A stretch of DNA of 32,826 nucleotides from a virus (IMGVR_UViG_3300022697_000096:1-32826); one strand, 5' to 3'; positions 1 through 9,065 are shown, counted from the first letter of the stretch. Program-made: numbers and translations. The notes: a model not told the origin generated them from the sequence alone.

Positions 1-475
1 AGCGATGGGGCCTTACGATGCGATCATGATGCACTTTGGTGCTAACGATTCAAGCGCAGCGACCGCCGCGCAGTTTAAGACCGACACGCTAGCCTTGATC
101 GCAGCAATACGCGGTGCCTCTTGGCTCAACGATAGCACGATGCCAATTATCCTGATGTCCGACGCGTACCGTACCGGACTGGCATCGGGACAGCAGACAG
201 AGTACGACCAGTTCCCCGGCGCCATGGCCGAGATTGCCGCAAGTGATAAGTACACCATGGCGGTCAATACCAGGCGGCTACTTGAGGACCAGGGATTCAA
301 CGCAACCAATCCCAATGTCGGCACCGAGTGGCTAGCGGACACCGTACATCTAACCAGCGATGGGCAGCGGCGCATGGCAGCGGCGGAAGTTGCCGTCATT
401 ATGGGGCCGCATCCTTCAGATACTAACAGCGACAAGCTGGACAACATCCTAACCATCATGCAAGCACGGAGGTAG
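1..475 (+). CDS. SGNH/GDSL hydrolase-domain protein (5' truncated), possibly virion-associated
   Basis: Block III-like FGAND and block V DTVHLTSDG (DxxH). The frame is open to the window edge. Confidence 0.75.
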   Translation, partial: AMGPYDAIMMHFGANDSSAATAAQFKTDTLALIAAIRGASWLNDSTMPIILMSDAYRTGLASGQQTEYDQFPGAMAEIAASDKYTMAVNTRRLLEDQGFNATNPNVGTEWLADTVHLTSDGQRRMAAAEVAVIMGPHPSDTNSDKLDNILTIMQARR

Positions 476-479
476 ATAG

Positions 480-779
480 ATGGCAAAATATCTGGAATTG
501 GCAGATGTCAGTAATGACAGTGACTTACAAGACAAAATCGCGGTGGCAATAACGATCGCAGCCGACAAGATACGTACCGACACTGCACCGCCAACCAATC
601 AGGCCAATCGCCTTGTGTGGGCTGCCAATGCAATGGCAAACCCCGTATCGGAATCAAAGAGGATGATCCGGGCATTGCTAGCACAAAACAATACCGTCGC
701 AATTGCGGCTATCCGCACTGTCAGCGACTCAACTATACAAACGGCGGTCGATGCTGCGGTCGATCTGTTCGCGGGGTAA
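480..779 (+). CDS. Hypothetical phage protein (Ala-rich, helical)
   Basis: GGAGG RBS upstream; tightly packed in the operon. Confidence 0.75.
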   Translation: MAKYLELADVSNDSDLQDKIAVAITIAADKIRTDTAPPTNQANRLVWAANAMANPVSESKRMIRALLAQNNTVAIAAIRTVSDSTIQTAVDAAVDLFAG

Positions 780-785
780 TAAACT

Positions 786-1271
786 ATGCCAAACAAAGTC
801 TACATGGCAAGGGAAACGCCGATCGTGTTTCAGGAATCCGCAGGTGATACGGTCATCACGCTCCTGAATATGCTCACCAACGTCGCCAGGGTATCTGCGC
901 GTCATGACCTTGGCGCTGGCTCTACGGCTGATCGGTATCAGTGGCAGGCAACATTCCAGTTCAATACCGCACCGGTGGTTGGAGAGACGGTCGATCTGTA
1001 TATCGCATTGTCAGATGGTACGCTCGAGGATGGCGATGTTGGCACTGTCGATGCGGCTGTGCTTACACCTGTGCTGCGTAATTTAAGCTATATCGGATCA
1101 GTAGTTGTCCAGGCAGCTACGCTTGGCGTCGACTTTAGGGCATCTGGTATATGCACCATCCCCAGTAGGTATTTCTCGCTGGTCGTACACAACAATACAG
1201 CCGATAGCCTCAAGAACACCGCCAACGTAAACACCATCACCTTTACTCCGATCCCACCAGAGGTTCAATAG
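786..1271 (+). CDS. Hypothetical beta-rich phage protein (possible structural)
   Basis: Stop overlaps the next start; alternating beta-strand pattern. Confidence 0.7.
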   Translation: MPNKVYMARETPIVFQESAGDTVITLLNMLTNVARVSARHDLGAGSTADRYQWQATFQFNTAPVVGETVDLYIALSDGTLEDGDVGTVDAAVLTPVLRNLSYIGSVVVQAATLGVDFRASGICTIPSRYFSLVVHNNTADSLKNTANVNTITFTPIPPEVQ

Positions 1272-2035
1272 TGGCCAGGGAATGGACACAGGTCGCTGGT
1301 AGATATATCGATACACCAGATATCCCTATGCAAAACGGGGCGGCCAGATGGTCGATTGCGGGGAAGTTTTGGCCAGATATTGACACCACTGCTGGCGCGA
1401 ATATGCACCTTTATCAGGGGTCTTCGCCGGCAAACAGATTTGTACAGACATTTTGGAACAATGGGGGATCAGTTTGGAGAACGCGATGGGATATAAACTC
1501 GACCAACCATATATTAGATGCGACTACAAGCGAGGTGACGGTTGGACAGTGGAACCACTACGCTGGTACTTATGACGGGTCTAATGTGCGTGTCTATATC
1601 GAGGCAAAAGAAATAGCGACATCACCCGTGGCCGCAACGGGTGGTATGGATGATATGTCGGGGTTCAGGTTTGGCAATAATAGCAGTGATGGTACACCGT
1701 TTGACGGCAAACTTGCAGAGTGGTCAATGTGGGATGTTGACTTAAGTCTGGAGGATATATCGCTACTTAAAAATGGTATGCCACCGAGCCTGGTTAAGCC
1801 TACAAGGAATCAGCTATACCTGCAGATGCTGGGGTACACCAACCCCGAGCGTGACCTTTCTGGCCATGGATTTAACGGTCGTGTAACTGGATCGGTGCCG
1901 CAATTCAAACACCCACCGATCTATCGGCAGTTACCGATATCATCAACGATTGTGTTCGTCCAACAGCAGCAAGAACCATCATATCGCAGCATGCCGCGTG
2001 GAGTTCTGCGCGGCGTATGTAGAGGATGTGTATAG
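1271..2035 (+). CDS. LamG/concanavalin A-like lectin domain protein
   Basis: Motifs GQWNHYAGTYDGSNVRVYIE and PFDGKLAEWSMWDVDLS, typical of Laminin_G_3-like domains. Confidence 0.8.
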   Translation: MAREWTQVAGRYIDTPDIPMQNGAARWSIAGKFWPDIDTTAGANMHLYQGSSPANRFVQTFWNNGGSVWRTRWDINSTNHILDATTSEVTVGQWNHYAGTYDGSNVRVYIEAKEIATSPVAATGGMDDMSGFRFGNNSSDGTPFDGKLAEWSMWDVDLSLEDISLLKNGMPPSLVKPTRNQLYLQMLGYTNPERDLSGHGFNGRVTGSVPQFKHPPIYRQLPISSTIVFVQQQQEPSYRSMPRGVLRGVCRGCV

Positions 2036-3130
2036 ATGTCTGTGTTCTTACGAAAATACAACGTGGCTGACGCCATTCTAATCCCAATAGAAAAAGCCGG
2101 AAGCTCAGACTTCGTTAACGGGACAGAATGGTTCCCAGCGGCGGGCGATGTGAAGCTGTCTAGGGATTCGGGAGCAGTAGTCAATATCACTACCTTGCCC
2201 ATTCCTGTTGCAGGTACAGGTTCAGTCCTGTGGTGGGTCCAACTATCGTTGGCCGAACTAAACGCTAAGAAGGTGACGATCCAGATCGTCGATCAATCAA
2301 CGCCAAAGGTCATTAAAGATCAGGCTATCATCATTGAAACTACTGGCAGTAGCATTTCAGGGCAATACGCATTTGATCTGAATGATCCTGTACGGGCAGG
2401 ATTGACTGCTCTGCCAGACGCCGATGCAAATGCGGCGGGTGGCTTGCCAATCAGCATTGCAGGCGGTCTTGATCTGGATGCGATGAATATCAATATCAAT
2501 GATATCGAAACCGACACCGCAGATATGCAACCCAAACTGGGTACGCCGGCAGCTGATATTGCTGCTGACCTAGCAGCAGTTAAGGTAGACACCGCAGCCA
2601 CCCTAGTAGATACCGCCCAGATCGGCTTAGCCGGTGCCGGCCTGACCGACCTGGGTGGGATGTCGGCCACGATGAAGGGACAGGTGAACGCCGAGGCTGA
2701 TATCGCACTGACCGATTACGACGCACCAACCAACACAGAGATGGTCGCTGCTTTTACCGAGATCAAAGGCGCAACGTGGGCCACTACCGATACGCTCGAA
2801 GCGATCAGGGATCGTGGTGACGCGGCCTGGCTGACCGCTACCGGATTCTCCACATTCAATGCAGCTACAGATGCGGTTGCTAACGTGACACTCGTAGCAA
2901 CGACCACGGCGGTGACCAATACCATTAACGTTAACGTAGAACAGATCAGCGGCAGCAACGTGGTTGAGACAACAGCCGGTAGGATCGTGGGGAACTTCAA
3001 CACCTTCTTTGATAACGCCGACGCGGCAACCACCAAAACGGTCGATAACGTAGGGTCGGTGACAAGCGGCGGTGACGCCTCGCTGGCAAAGCAAAATGAC
3101 ATCTTGGATATCATCCAGGCTAAGAGGTGA
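2036..3130 (+). CDS. Hypothetical Ala/Thr/Asp-rich protein, probable virion fibre/accessory protein
   Basis: Long ORF abutting both neighbours; composition typical of structural proteins. Confidence 0.7.
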   Translation: MSVFLRKYNVADAILIPIEKAGSSDFVNGTEWFPAAGDVKLSRDSGAVVNITTLPIPVAGTGSVLWWVQLSLAELNAKKVTIQIVDQSTPKVIKDQAIIIETTGSSISGQYAFDLNDPVRAGLTALPDADANAAGGLPISIAGGLDLDAMNININDIETDTADMQPKLGTPAADIAADLAAVKVDTAATLVDTAQIGLAGAGLTDLGGMSATMKGQVNAEADIALTDYDAPTNTEMVAAFTEIKGATWATTDTLEAIRDRGDAAWLTATGFSTFNAATDAVANVTLVATTTAVTNTINVNVEQISGSNVVETTAGRIVGNFNTFFDNADAATTKTVDNVGSVTSGGDASLAKQNDILDIIQAKR

Positions 3131-3133
3131 CCG

Positions 3134-3604
3134 ATGTCGATGAACGGCAACGGACACACAAACGGTAACGGTAACGGCGCTAGTCGCCGGACCAGCGCCC
3201 GCCATAAGGCACGCGAGAAAAAGCGTGAAGCAGAGCTTCGCGAGAATGGCCACGGCGGGATAGGGGCGCTGCGCGATGGCCTTGAAGACTCCAAGCAAGC
3301 ACCAGAGACGATGGGGATGATCCGTAGGTACGTTAAGAAGGGGACCGTCCTGTTCTACGATGTCAACCCGGACGTTAACGGGGGGCTGCCCAACATCGTT
3401 GCTGAGTGCATGGCACGGGCCAGAAAAGATGGCGACGGAGACCTGCTGCTTAGCGGTGTCAAGACGATCATGGCAATGAATACCCACAACCTAAAAGCGG
3501 CGGTTGAGGAGGACAAGGCCAAGCGTCTAGACGACGGTGACAGCACCGAGAACGTCTCGCACGACCTACAGCCGATCCGCTTTCCTGGGGGGCGTGAGCT
3601 GTGA
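3134..3604 (+). CDS. Putative terminase small subunit
   Basis: Lies immediately upstream of TerL with GTGA overlap; basic N-terminus, helical. Call is positional. Confidence 0.55.
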   Translation: MSMNGNGHTNGNGNGASRRTSARHKAREKKREAELRENGHGGIGALRDGLEDSKQAPETMGMIRRYVKKGTVLFYDVNPDVNGGLPNIVAECMARARKDGDGDLLLSGVKTIMAMNTHNLKAAVEEDKAKRLDDGDSTENVSHDLQPIRFPGGREL

Positions 3605-4854
3605 TACCCGCACCCAAGATGCCACGCATGTACCCCAAGCAGCAAGCGGCGATATTCTCACCGTCACGATATTCGTTCGTGGACGCATCCACCAAGAGCG
3701 GCAAGACCGCCGGCTGTCTCGTGTGGCTGCTCACGCAGGCGTGGAACGGCCCCAAGGACGTCAACTACTGGTGGGTGGCACCGGTGTACCAGCAGACGAT
3801 CATGGCCTACGACCGCATGGCGTTTATGCTCCGGTCGTGGGACGTGTCGCGAAAGCTGTGGTCAACCAACAAGACCCAGCTGTGGGCTAAGCTGCCCAAC
3901 GGTGCCCGTATATGGTTCAAGTCCGGCGAGCGACCCGACTCGTTGTTCGGTGAGGATGTGTACTCAGCGGTCATCGACGAGGCGTCGCGTGTGCGCGAGG
4001 AGGCGTGGCACGCGATAAGATCAACGCTCACATCGACCGAGGGCCCGGTCAGGATCATCGGCAACGTCAAGGGCCGACGCAATTGGGCGTATAAGCTGGG
4101 GCAGATGGCCAAGTCCGGTCAACCCAACATGGACTACCACAAGCTGACGGCTTATGACGCGATCGACGGGGGGATCATATCAAAGGACGAAGTAGAGGAC
4201 GCCAAGCGGCTGCTGCCCGAATCGGTGTTCAATGAGCTGTACTTGGCCCAGCCAAGCGACGACCAGGGCAACCCGTTTGGGTTCGACGCCATCAAGCGGT
4301 GCATTACTCCCCAGATGTCCGATAGGCCCGCTCAGGTCTACGGCGTTGACCTAGCACGCAGCCATGACTGGACGGTGATCGTGGGTCTGGATGAGTACGG
4401 GCGGGTCACACACCTGGAGCGGTTCCAAAAGAACTGGGCGGCAACACGGCACAGGATTATTGAGGTGATCGGAGACACACCCGCGTTGCTGGATGCTACC
4501 GGCGTGGGCGATCCCATTGTCGAGGACGTGTCGCGACACTGCCCCAACGCCCAGCGGTTCGTGTTCACGAGCAAAAGCAAGCAGGACATCATGCTGGGCC
4601 TGGCCTCGGTGTTGCAGCAGACACAGGTGTCGATACCAGCAGGGTGGCTGATCGACGAGCTTGAGAGCTTTGAATATGAGGTCAAGCGCAACAGCGTGTC
4701 CTACTCTGCACCCCAGGGGATGCACGACGACGGGGTGTGTGCACTGGCCATGGCCGTGCATAAGCTGGGCGGTTACAGCGGCGGGCCTGCACGATTCGCG
4801 TTTGTGGAAACGGATGACGAAGAATACTACGAGGACGAAATGATATGGAATTAA
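3601..4854 (+). CDS. terL: Terminase large subunit
   Basis: Q motif (YPKQ), Walker A ASTKSGKT, Walker B VIDEAS, RNase H-like nuclease motifs GVDLA, LDATGVG, HDDGV. Confidence 0.95.
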   Translation: MIPAPKMPRMYPKQQAAIFSPSRYSFVDASTKSGKTAGCLVWLLTQAWNGPKDVNYWWVAPVYQQTIMAYDRMAFMLRSWDVSRKLWSTNKTQLWAKLPNGARIWFKSGERPDSLFGEDVYSAVIDEASRVREEAWHAIRSTLTSTEGPVRIIGNVKGRRNWAYKLGQMAKSGQPNMDYHKLTAYDAIDGGIISKDEVEDAKRLLPESVFNELYLAQPSDDQGNPFGFDAIKRCITPQMSDRPAQVYGVDLARSHDWTVIVGLDEYGRVTHLERFQKNWAATRHRIIEVIGDTPALLDATGVGDPIVEDVSRHCPNAQRFVFTSKSKQDIMLGLASVLQQTQVSIPAGWLIDELESFEYEVKRNSVSYSAPQGMHDDGVCALAMAVHKLGGYSGGPARFAFVETDDEEYYEDEMIWN

Positions 4855-7562
4855 CCATCGGCAACGTCATCAATCAGGTAAAGCGGGTGTTCGACCGAGG
4901 CAAGTGGACGGAATCATCGGTGCGGATCGTCGAGGGCAACTCGGTCAGCGGCGCCAAGATGCCCACGTTCAACCACCACGCGGCGATTGCCGCCTTCAAC
5001 TCGTGGGTGTACCGGGCGGCCATGCTCAACGCCCAGGCGGTGGCGTCGGTGCCCCTTCGGCTATTTGTTAGAGCAGATGCAACGCGGTCCAAGTCCTATG
5101 GCTGGGAGTCACGCAAGGTCGGGCCACGGCTCAATAAGCACCTGCTGTCTACCGCATCTGCTCACGTCCAGCGCAAGGCGGCCTCGTTCCGCGAGGGGTT
5201 CGAGGAGTTCACGGTAGGACCAGACGGAAACCCCCACCCGGCAATCGATGTGCTTGAGCGTGCCAACCCGTGGATGAACGGGTTTGACATGACGGTGCTC
5301 AAGTTCGTCTATCTTCAGTTGACTGGTAACGCCTATATCCACACGGTAACCGACCGTGCATTGGGCATACCGTCTGAGCTATGGATCATGCCCAGCCAGT
5401 GGACCAAGGTGATCCCCGACCGCGACGAGTTCATCTCCGGGTACATCTACGGCAAGGGTCAGGACATTGAACGGGAATTCGCGGTTGACGAGGTGGACCA
5501 CTTCAAGCTTCCCAACCCCGGAGACCTGTACTACGGCAAGTCGATGCTAGAGGCCGCGTGGTCGGCCAACGCATTGCACGAGTCCAAGCGGATGCTGGAC
5601 ATCTCGCGGTATGAAAACAATGCGATACCGCCCATGCTGGTGACGGTTAAGGGCGGCGTGCAGCCCAAGCAGCTAGAGCGTTACGAGGCCCAGTGGAACA
5701 ACCACCTACGCGGCGTGCGTAACGCGGGAAAGATTCGTGTCGTGAGTGGCGATGTCACCGCCACACCACTATCACCGCCCCAAGGCGAGATCGGCGACCC
5801 AGACCGGGTGATCGAGGAGATCGCCGGGATGTTCGGTGTGCCGATCACCAAGCTGCTGGCCAACGACCCCAACCGAGCCAACGCCCAGACCGGAGACGCC
5901 GGGTGGATGAGGGACACCGTGCTTCCTATGCTGCGTATGGACGAGCAGAAACTAAACGAAACCTACCTGACCAAGTTTCCTGGGCTTGAGGGCAAGGCGT
6001 TCCTGGCGTACGACAACCCGGTACCCCAGAACGTGCAGCAGATCGAGCTAGAAACCTCGGCTAAGGTGGCAAGCGGGCGAATGACGATCAACGAGGCCCG
6101 CCAGCAAGACGGCATGGATGCGATAGAGGGAGGCGAGGTGCCACGGGTCAACGGGGTGCCTCTGGATATGGTTGGGCAGCAGCCTATGTCTCAACCGTTC
6201 CAGTTCAACATGGTCCAGCCGGCGGCGATCGTGGATACCAGCCGGGTCGCGGCGTCGATCGACTTCACACCCACCAACAAGAAACGGGAGCAATCAAATG
6301 GAAACAGCGATAGAAACCAGCCAACAAGTGCCGCCGGTAATAGTAGCGGCGGTAGCAGTGATTATGTGGGGGATAGCCGCGGCGATACTGGCGACCGTGG
6401 TGATGATGGCAAGGACCATAATCAAGGACTGGTAGCACAAGGAGAAGGTCATGGAACTGGCGATCTTGGAGTATCTGGCCGTGCTGTGCGCGTTGTTAAT
6501 CCTGACCGTGATACACCGGATCAACCCGGCGGCAAAGCGCCGCAACCAGGCGATCAAAAAGTATCACGCACAGTTCGGCAAGCAGTTAAGGAGTTAGATG
6601 ATGGATGCACAAGAAGCGGTAGTGAATGTGGTTCTATTGATAGTGGCATTGTTAATGACGTGGCTGATCTACAAGGCAACGGCAAGGACCAACCGGCGAT
6701 GGCTTCATGTCAAGATGTGGAATGTAGACACGTCGAATGTGTCAAGCATTCAGATTACATTTATAAAGTCGACGCCCAAGAAGACATCCGAGAGGGACAG
6801 CCCGTTAGACCAGAGGACAAGCTGGCCGCTGAACTAGCCGATATCTTCGAGCGGGCCATGGCACAGGTAGCCCAACGCGTGGGCAAGACCGTGTGTGATA
6901 CGGTCCGCGTAAAGATCACATCGAGACAGGTCGGTTCCGTACTCCAAGAGATGACCGACAAGATCAACACCGATGTTTCCGCCGCGTTCAACGAGCACCT
7001 GCCAGACATGGTCATCGGCGGCATGAAGCTTGGGGCTAGGGGAATCAGTTTCGACCTGGACCCCTCGGCTCAAGCAAGCATCGACGCGGTGCGTGACCTG
7101 ACCCGGCAGCTTTCCGACCGGATCGCCGGAGAGATCGCCAAGACGACCAGCGACCGGATCGGCACGGTGATCCGTGGCGGGCTATCCGAGGGCCTACGCC
7201 CCGAGCAGCTATCGGAGCTGATCCGCAACGATGAGTCTGGCCAGTTCGGTTCGGCTAGGGCAACTGCCATTGCACGCACCGAGATGGCCGACGCATTCAT
7301 CCAGGGCGAGAAACAGTCCTGGAAATTCGGTGGCATCACCAAGATGAAGTGGCTGCTGGCACCCAACGCCTGCCCGTTCTGCGTGGCGGCGGCCGGGAAG
7401 ATGAACAAGGGCGGTGGCTGGCCGATTGACGAGCCGTTATTTACCAAAGGCGACAGCATCACCACAACCGAGGGCACGCTTAGCCTTGATTACCGTGACA
7501 TCACATCGCCACCGCTACACCCCCACGACCGGTGTACACTGGTTGCGGTGGTAGAAGGATAA
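4845..7562 (+). CDS. Portal protein fused to Mu gpF/SPP1 gp7-like minor head (morphogenesis) domain
   Basis: The N-terminal ~440 aa carry HK97-type portal motifs (LQLTGNAY, DLYYGKS, IAGMFGVP, MTINEAR). The C-terminus has RATAIARTE...KMKW...CPFC...PPLHPHDRC of the gpF family. A hydrophilic linker joins them. Confidence 0.9.
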   Translation: MELTIGNVINQVKRVFDRGKWTESSVRIVEGNSVSGAKMPTFNHHAAIAAFNSWVYRAAMLNAQAVASVPLRLFVRADATRSKSYGWESRKVGPRLNKHLLSTASAHVQRKAASFREGFEEFTVGPDGNPHPAIDVLERANPWMNGFDMTVLKFVYLQLTGNAYIHTVTDRALGIPSELWIMPSQWTKVIPDRDEFISGYIYGKGQDIEREFAVDEVDHFKLPNPGDLYYGKSMLEAAWSANALHESKRMLDISRYENNAIPPMLVTVKGGVQPKQLERYEAQWNNHLRGVRNAGKIRVVSGDVTATPLSPPQGEIGDPDRVIEEIAGMFGVPITKLLANDPNRANAQTGDAGWMRDTVLPMLRMDEQKLNETYLTKFPGLEGKAFLAYDNPVPQNVQQIELETSAKVASGRMTINEARQQDGMDAIEGGEVPRVNGVPLDMVGQQPMSQPFQFNMVQPAAIVDTSRVAASIDFTPTNKKREQSNGNSDRNQPTSAAGNSSGGSSDYVGDSRGDTGDRGDDGKDHNQGLVAQGEGHGTGDLGVSGRAVRVVNPDRDTPDQPGGKAPQPGDQKVSRTVRQAVKELDDGCTRSGSECGSIDSGIVNDVADLQGNGKDQPAMASCQDVECRHVECVKHSDYIYKVDAQEDIREGQPVRPEDKLAAELADIFERAMAQVAQRVGKTVCDTVRVKITSRQVGSVLQEMTDKINTDVSAAFNEHLPDMVIGGMKLGARGISFDLDPSAQASIDAVRDLTRQLSDRIAGEIAKTTSDRIGTVIRGGLSEGLRPEQLSELIRNDESGQFGSARATAIARTEMADAFIQGEKQSWKFGGITKMKWLLAPNACPFCVAAAGKMNKGGGWPIDEPLFTKGDSITTTEGTLSLDYRDITSPPLHPHDRCTLVAVVEG
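6298..6435 (+). CDS. Overprinted small membrane protein A (45 aa, +1 frame within portal gene)
   Basis: GGGAG 7 nt before ATG. METAIETSQQVPPVIVAAVAVIMWGIAAAILATVVMMARTIIKDW has one long hydrophobic segment. Confidence 0.6.
   Translation: METAIETSQQVPPVIVAAVAVIMWGIAAAILATVVMMARTIIKDW
6451..6597 (+). CDS. Overprinted small membrane protein B (48 aa, +1 frame within portal gene; not in ORF track)
   Basis: AAGGAG upstream of ATG. MELAILEYLAVLCALLILTVIHRINPAAKRRNQAIKKYHAQFGKQLRS has a TM segment followed by a basic tail. Confidence 0.6.
   Translation: MELAILEYLAVLCALLILTVIHRINPAAKRRNQAIKKYHAQFGKQLRS
6598..6837 (+). CDS. Overprinted small membrane protein C (78-79 aa, +1 frame within portal gene)
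   Basis: TAAGGAG at 6587-6593 before ATG-ATG (6598/6601). VVNVVLLIVALLMTWLIY is followed by KATARTNRRW. Confidence 0.6.
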   Translation: MMDAQEAVVNVVLLIVALLMTWLIYKATARTNRRWLHVKMWNVDTSNVSSIQITFIKSTPKKTSERDSPLDQRTSWPLN

Positions 7563-7567
7563 ACACC

Positions 7568-8311
7568 ATGAACAAGACAACCGATCAGATAAAGCGTGAT
7601 ATACGGAGCCGTAACAGGATGGGTGTCGAAGAGGCTATTGGTTTAGTGCGCATGGCGAGCACGATCACCAAGGAGCCAAGCGACACCCATCTATTTACGG
7701 CCAGGATAACCACCGACAGCCTCGACCGCGACAACGAGGTAGTCATGCCAAACGGCGTGGATACACGCAGCTTCGACCGGTCCGGCGCTGTGTTCTGGAA
7801 CCACGACTACGATAAGCCCGTCGCCAGCCGCGTGGGCATCAGCAAGAACGATAGCTTTATCGAAGCCAAGGCCCGGTTTATGAAGCGCCCCGACGATTAC
7901 CAGGGCGAGTTCTTCCCCGACTTTGTAAGGGCGTTTGTCAACCAGGTGCCACACGTGGGCGTATCCGTGGGGTTCAGGCCGTTGCTTGGCCGGTCACCCA
8001 CCGCCAAGGACATCGAGGTGTTCGGTAAGGACGTAGGATATATACATACCCATATCGAGCTGCTAGAATACTCCATCGCCCCGGTCCAATCCAACCCCGG
8101 CGCGCTGGTAACGTCTGTCGGCAAGAGCTGTATCAAGGCGCTGTTCCCCGAGGCCACGATAGCGGACGCCCAGGAGCAGAAACCCAAAAAGAAGGTGTAT
8201 ATCATCATCCCGCGTTACATACCCAAGCCCAAGCGTCGCCGTGTGGACATCAGCGAGATGGTAGACAAGTCGGTTGCCCGGTCGATGGCTGCGATGCGGG
8301 GTGTGCTGTGA
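7568..8311 (+). CDS. HK97-family prohead protease
   Basis: DRDNEVV, VFWNHDYDKPV (catalytic His), GVSVGF (catalytic Ser), LLEYSIAPVQSNPGA. Start placed at ATG 7568 after AAGGA. Confidence 0.9.
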   Translation: MNKTTDQIKRDIRSRNRMGVEEAIGLVRMASTITKEPSDTHLFTARITTDSLDRDNEVVMPNGVDTRSFDRSGAVFWNHDYDKPVASRVGISKNDSFIEAKARFMKRPDDYQGEFFPDFVRAFVNQVPHVGVSVGFRPLLGRSPTAKDIEVFGKDVGYIHTHIELLEYSIAPVQSNPGALVTSVGKSCIKALFPEATIADAQEQKPKKKVYIIIPRYIPKPKRRRVDISEMVDKSVARSMAAMRGVL

Positions 8312-8577
8312 GCGCCAGATACCCTACCACGGCAGCAATGGACCACCTGTTCGAGACACCTACAGACAGAGGGACCGAGTCCGCCAACACCCTTGTCGGT
8401 GGACCGTTCGATGGCCTCGTGGTCCCGGTTGGAGACTTGTTGGGCTTCATCATAATAGAATCGCAATCGTATTATACGCGGTGGAAGGATGAGCGAGTCG
8501 AGCACATATACACCAGGCGGTCTAGCTTAACCGGGAGCGATGGGTACCACACGATGGACTATAAGGGTACGATCTGA
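8308..8577 (+). CDS. Hypothetical protein with VGGPFDG motif
   Basis: GTGA overlap with the protease stop; shares a motif with the next ORF. Confidence 0.6.
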   Translation: MSARYPTTAAMDHLFETPTDRGTESANTLVGGPFDGLVVPVGDLLGFIIIESQSYYTRWKDERVEHIYTRRSSLTGSDGYHTMDYKGTI

Positions 8578-8612
8578 CAAGCGGCAAACCAATCCGTAGA
8601 TGGTATTGATCC

Positions 8613-9065
8613 ATGGAAGAATTGGTAGGCAAAACGTATTACAAGGGGCCGGGGTTAAGCGACAAGGACAATCGTCACATACGCGAAGTGGTTAAAGGAT
8701 GCGCGAACAAAGTGGACGCCGTGGAACTGCTTAAGGGCATGGAATTAGAGAACAACGACGGGGAGCCGTGCGTGGTCGAGGAGGTGTTCTTTAGCCACAT
8801 GACACCTGACCTGGACCGACCTCGAGAAAGATTCTATTTCGTGGGTGGTCCCCTGGACGGCCAGGTCGTGCACGCAGGCCCTACAAAGGTCATTCACGAA
8901 GCGACAGTGGCGGGCAAGGTGTACACCTACCGGAAGCTAACCATATTGAAAAACGGTATGCACATAATGGACCAGTTCATACTCAAGGGCCAGGAATCCA
9001 TGGTTAATACTTACAATGGATACCCTGACGAAGACCATCTTCACCGACTCAGCGACTACCAATAG
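8613..9065 (+). CDS. Hypothetical protein with VGGPLDG motif
   Basis: 150-aa ORF with protein-like composition between protease and MCP. Confidence 0.65.
   Translation: MEELVGKTYYKGPGLSDKDNRHIREVVKGCANKVDAVELLKGMELENNDGEPCVVEEVFFSHMTPDLDRPRERFYFVGGPLDGQVVHAGPTKVIHEATVAGKVYTYRKLTILKNGMHIMDQFILKGQESMVNTYNGYPDEDHLHRLSDYQ

Noticed and set aside
2320-3487. Long - strand ORFs opposite structural genes (also 13312-14013, 15154-15759, 19525-20103, 31224-31823)
   Set aside because: Antisense shadows expected in GC-rich coding DNA; no RBS or motifs noticed, and the + strand genes are well supported.
6433-6837. Genome-wide amber (TAG) recoding, since all three nested ORFs end in TAG
   Set aside because: Clear genes such as MCP, the LamG protein and the tail chaperone end at TAG directly before the next gene, and core genes are not interrupted by TAG. 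Local readthrough cannot be excluded.
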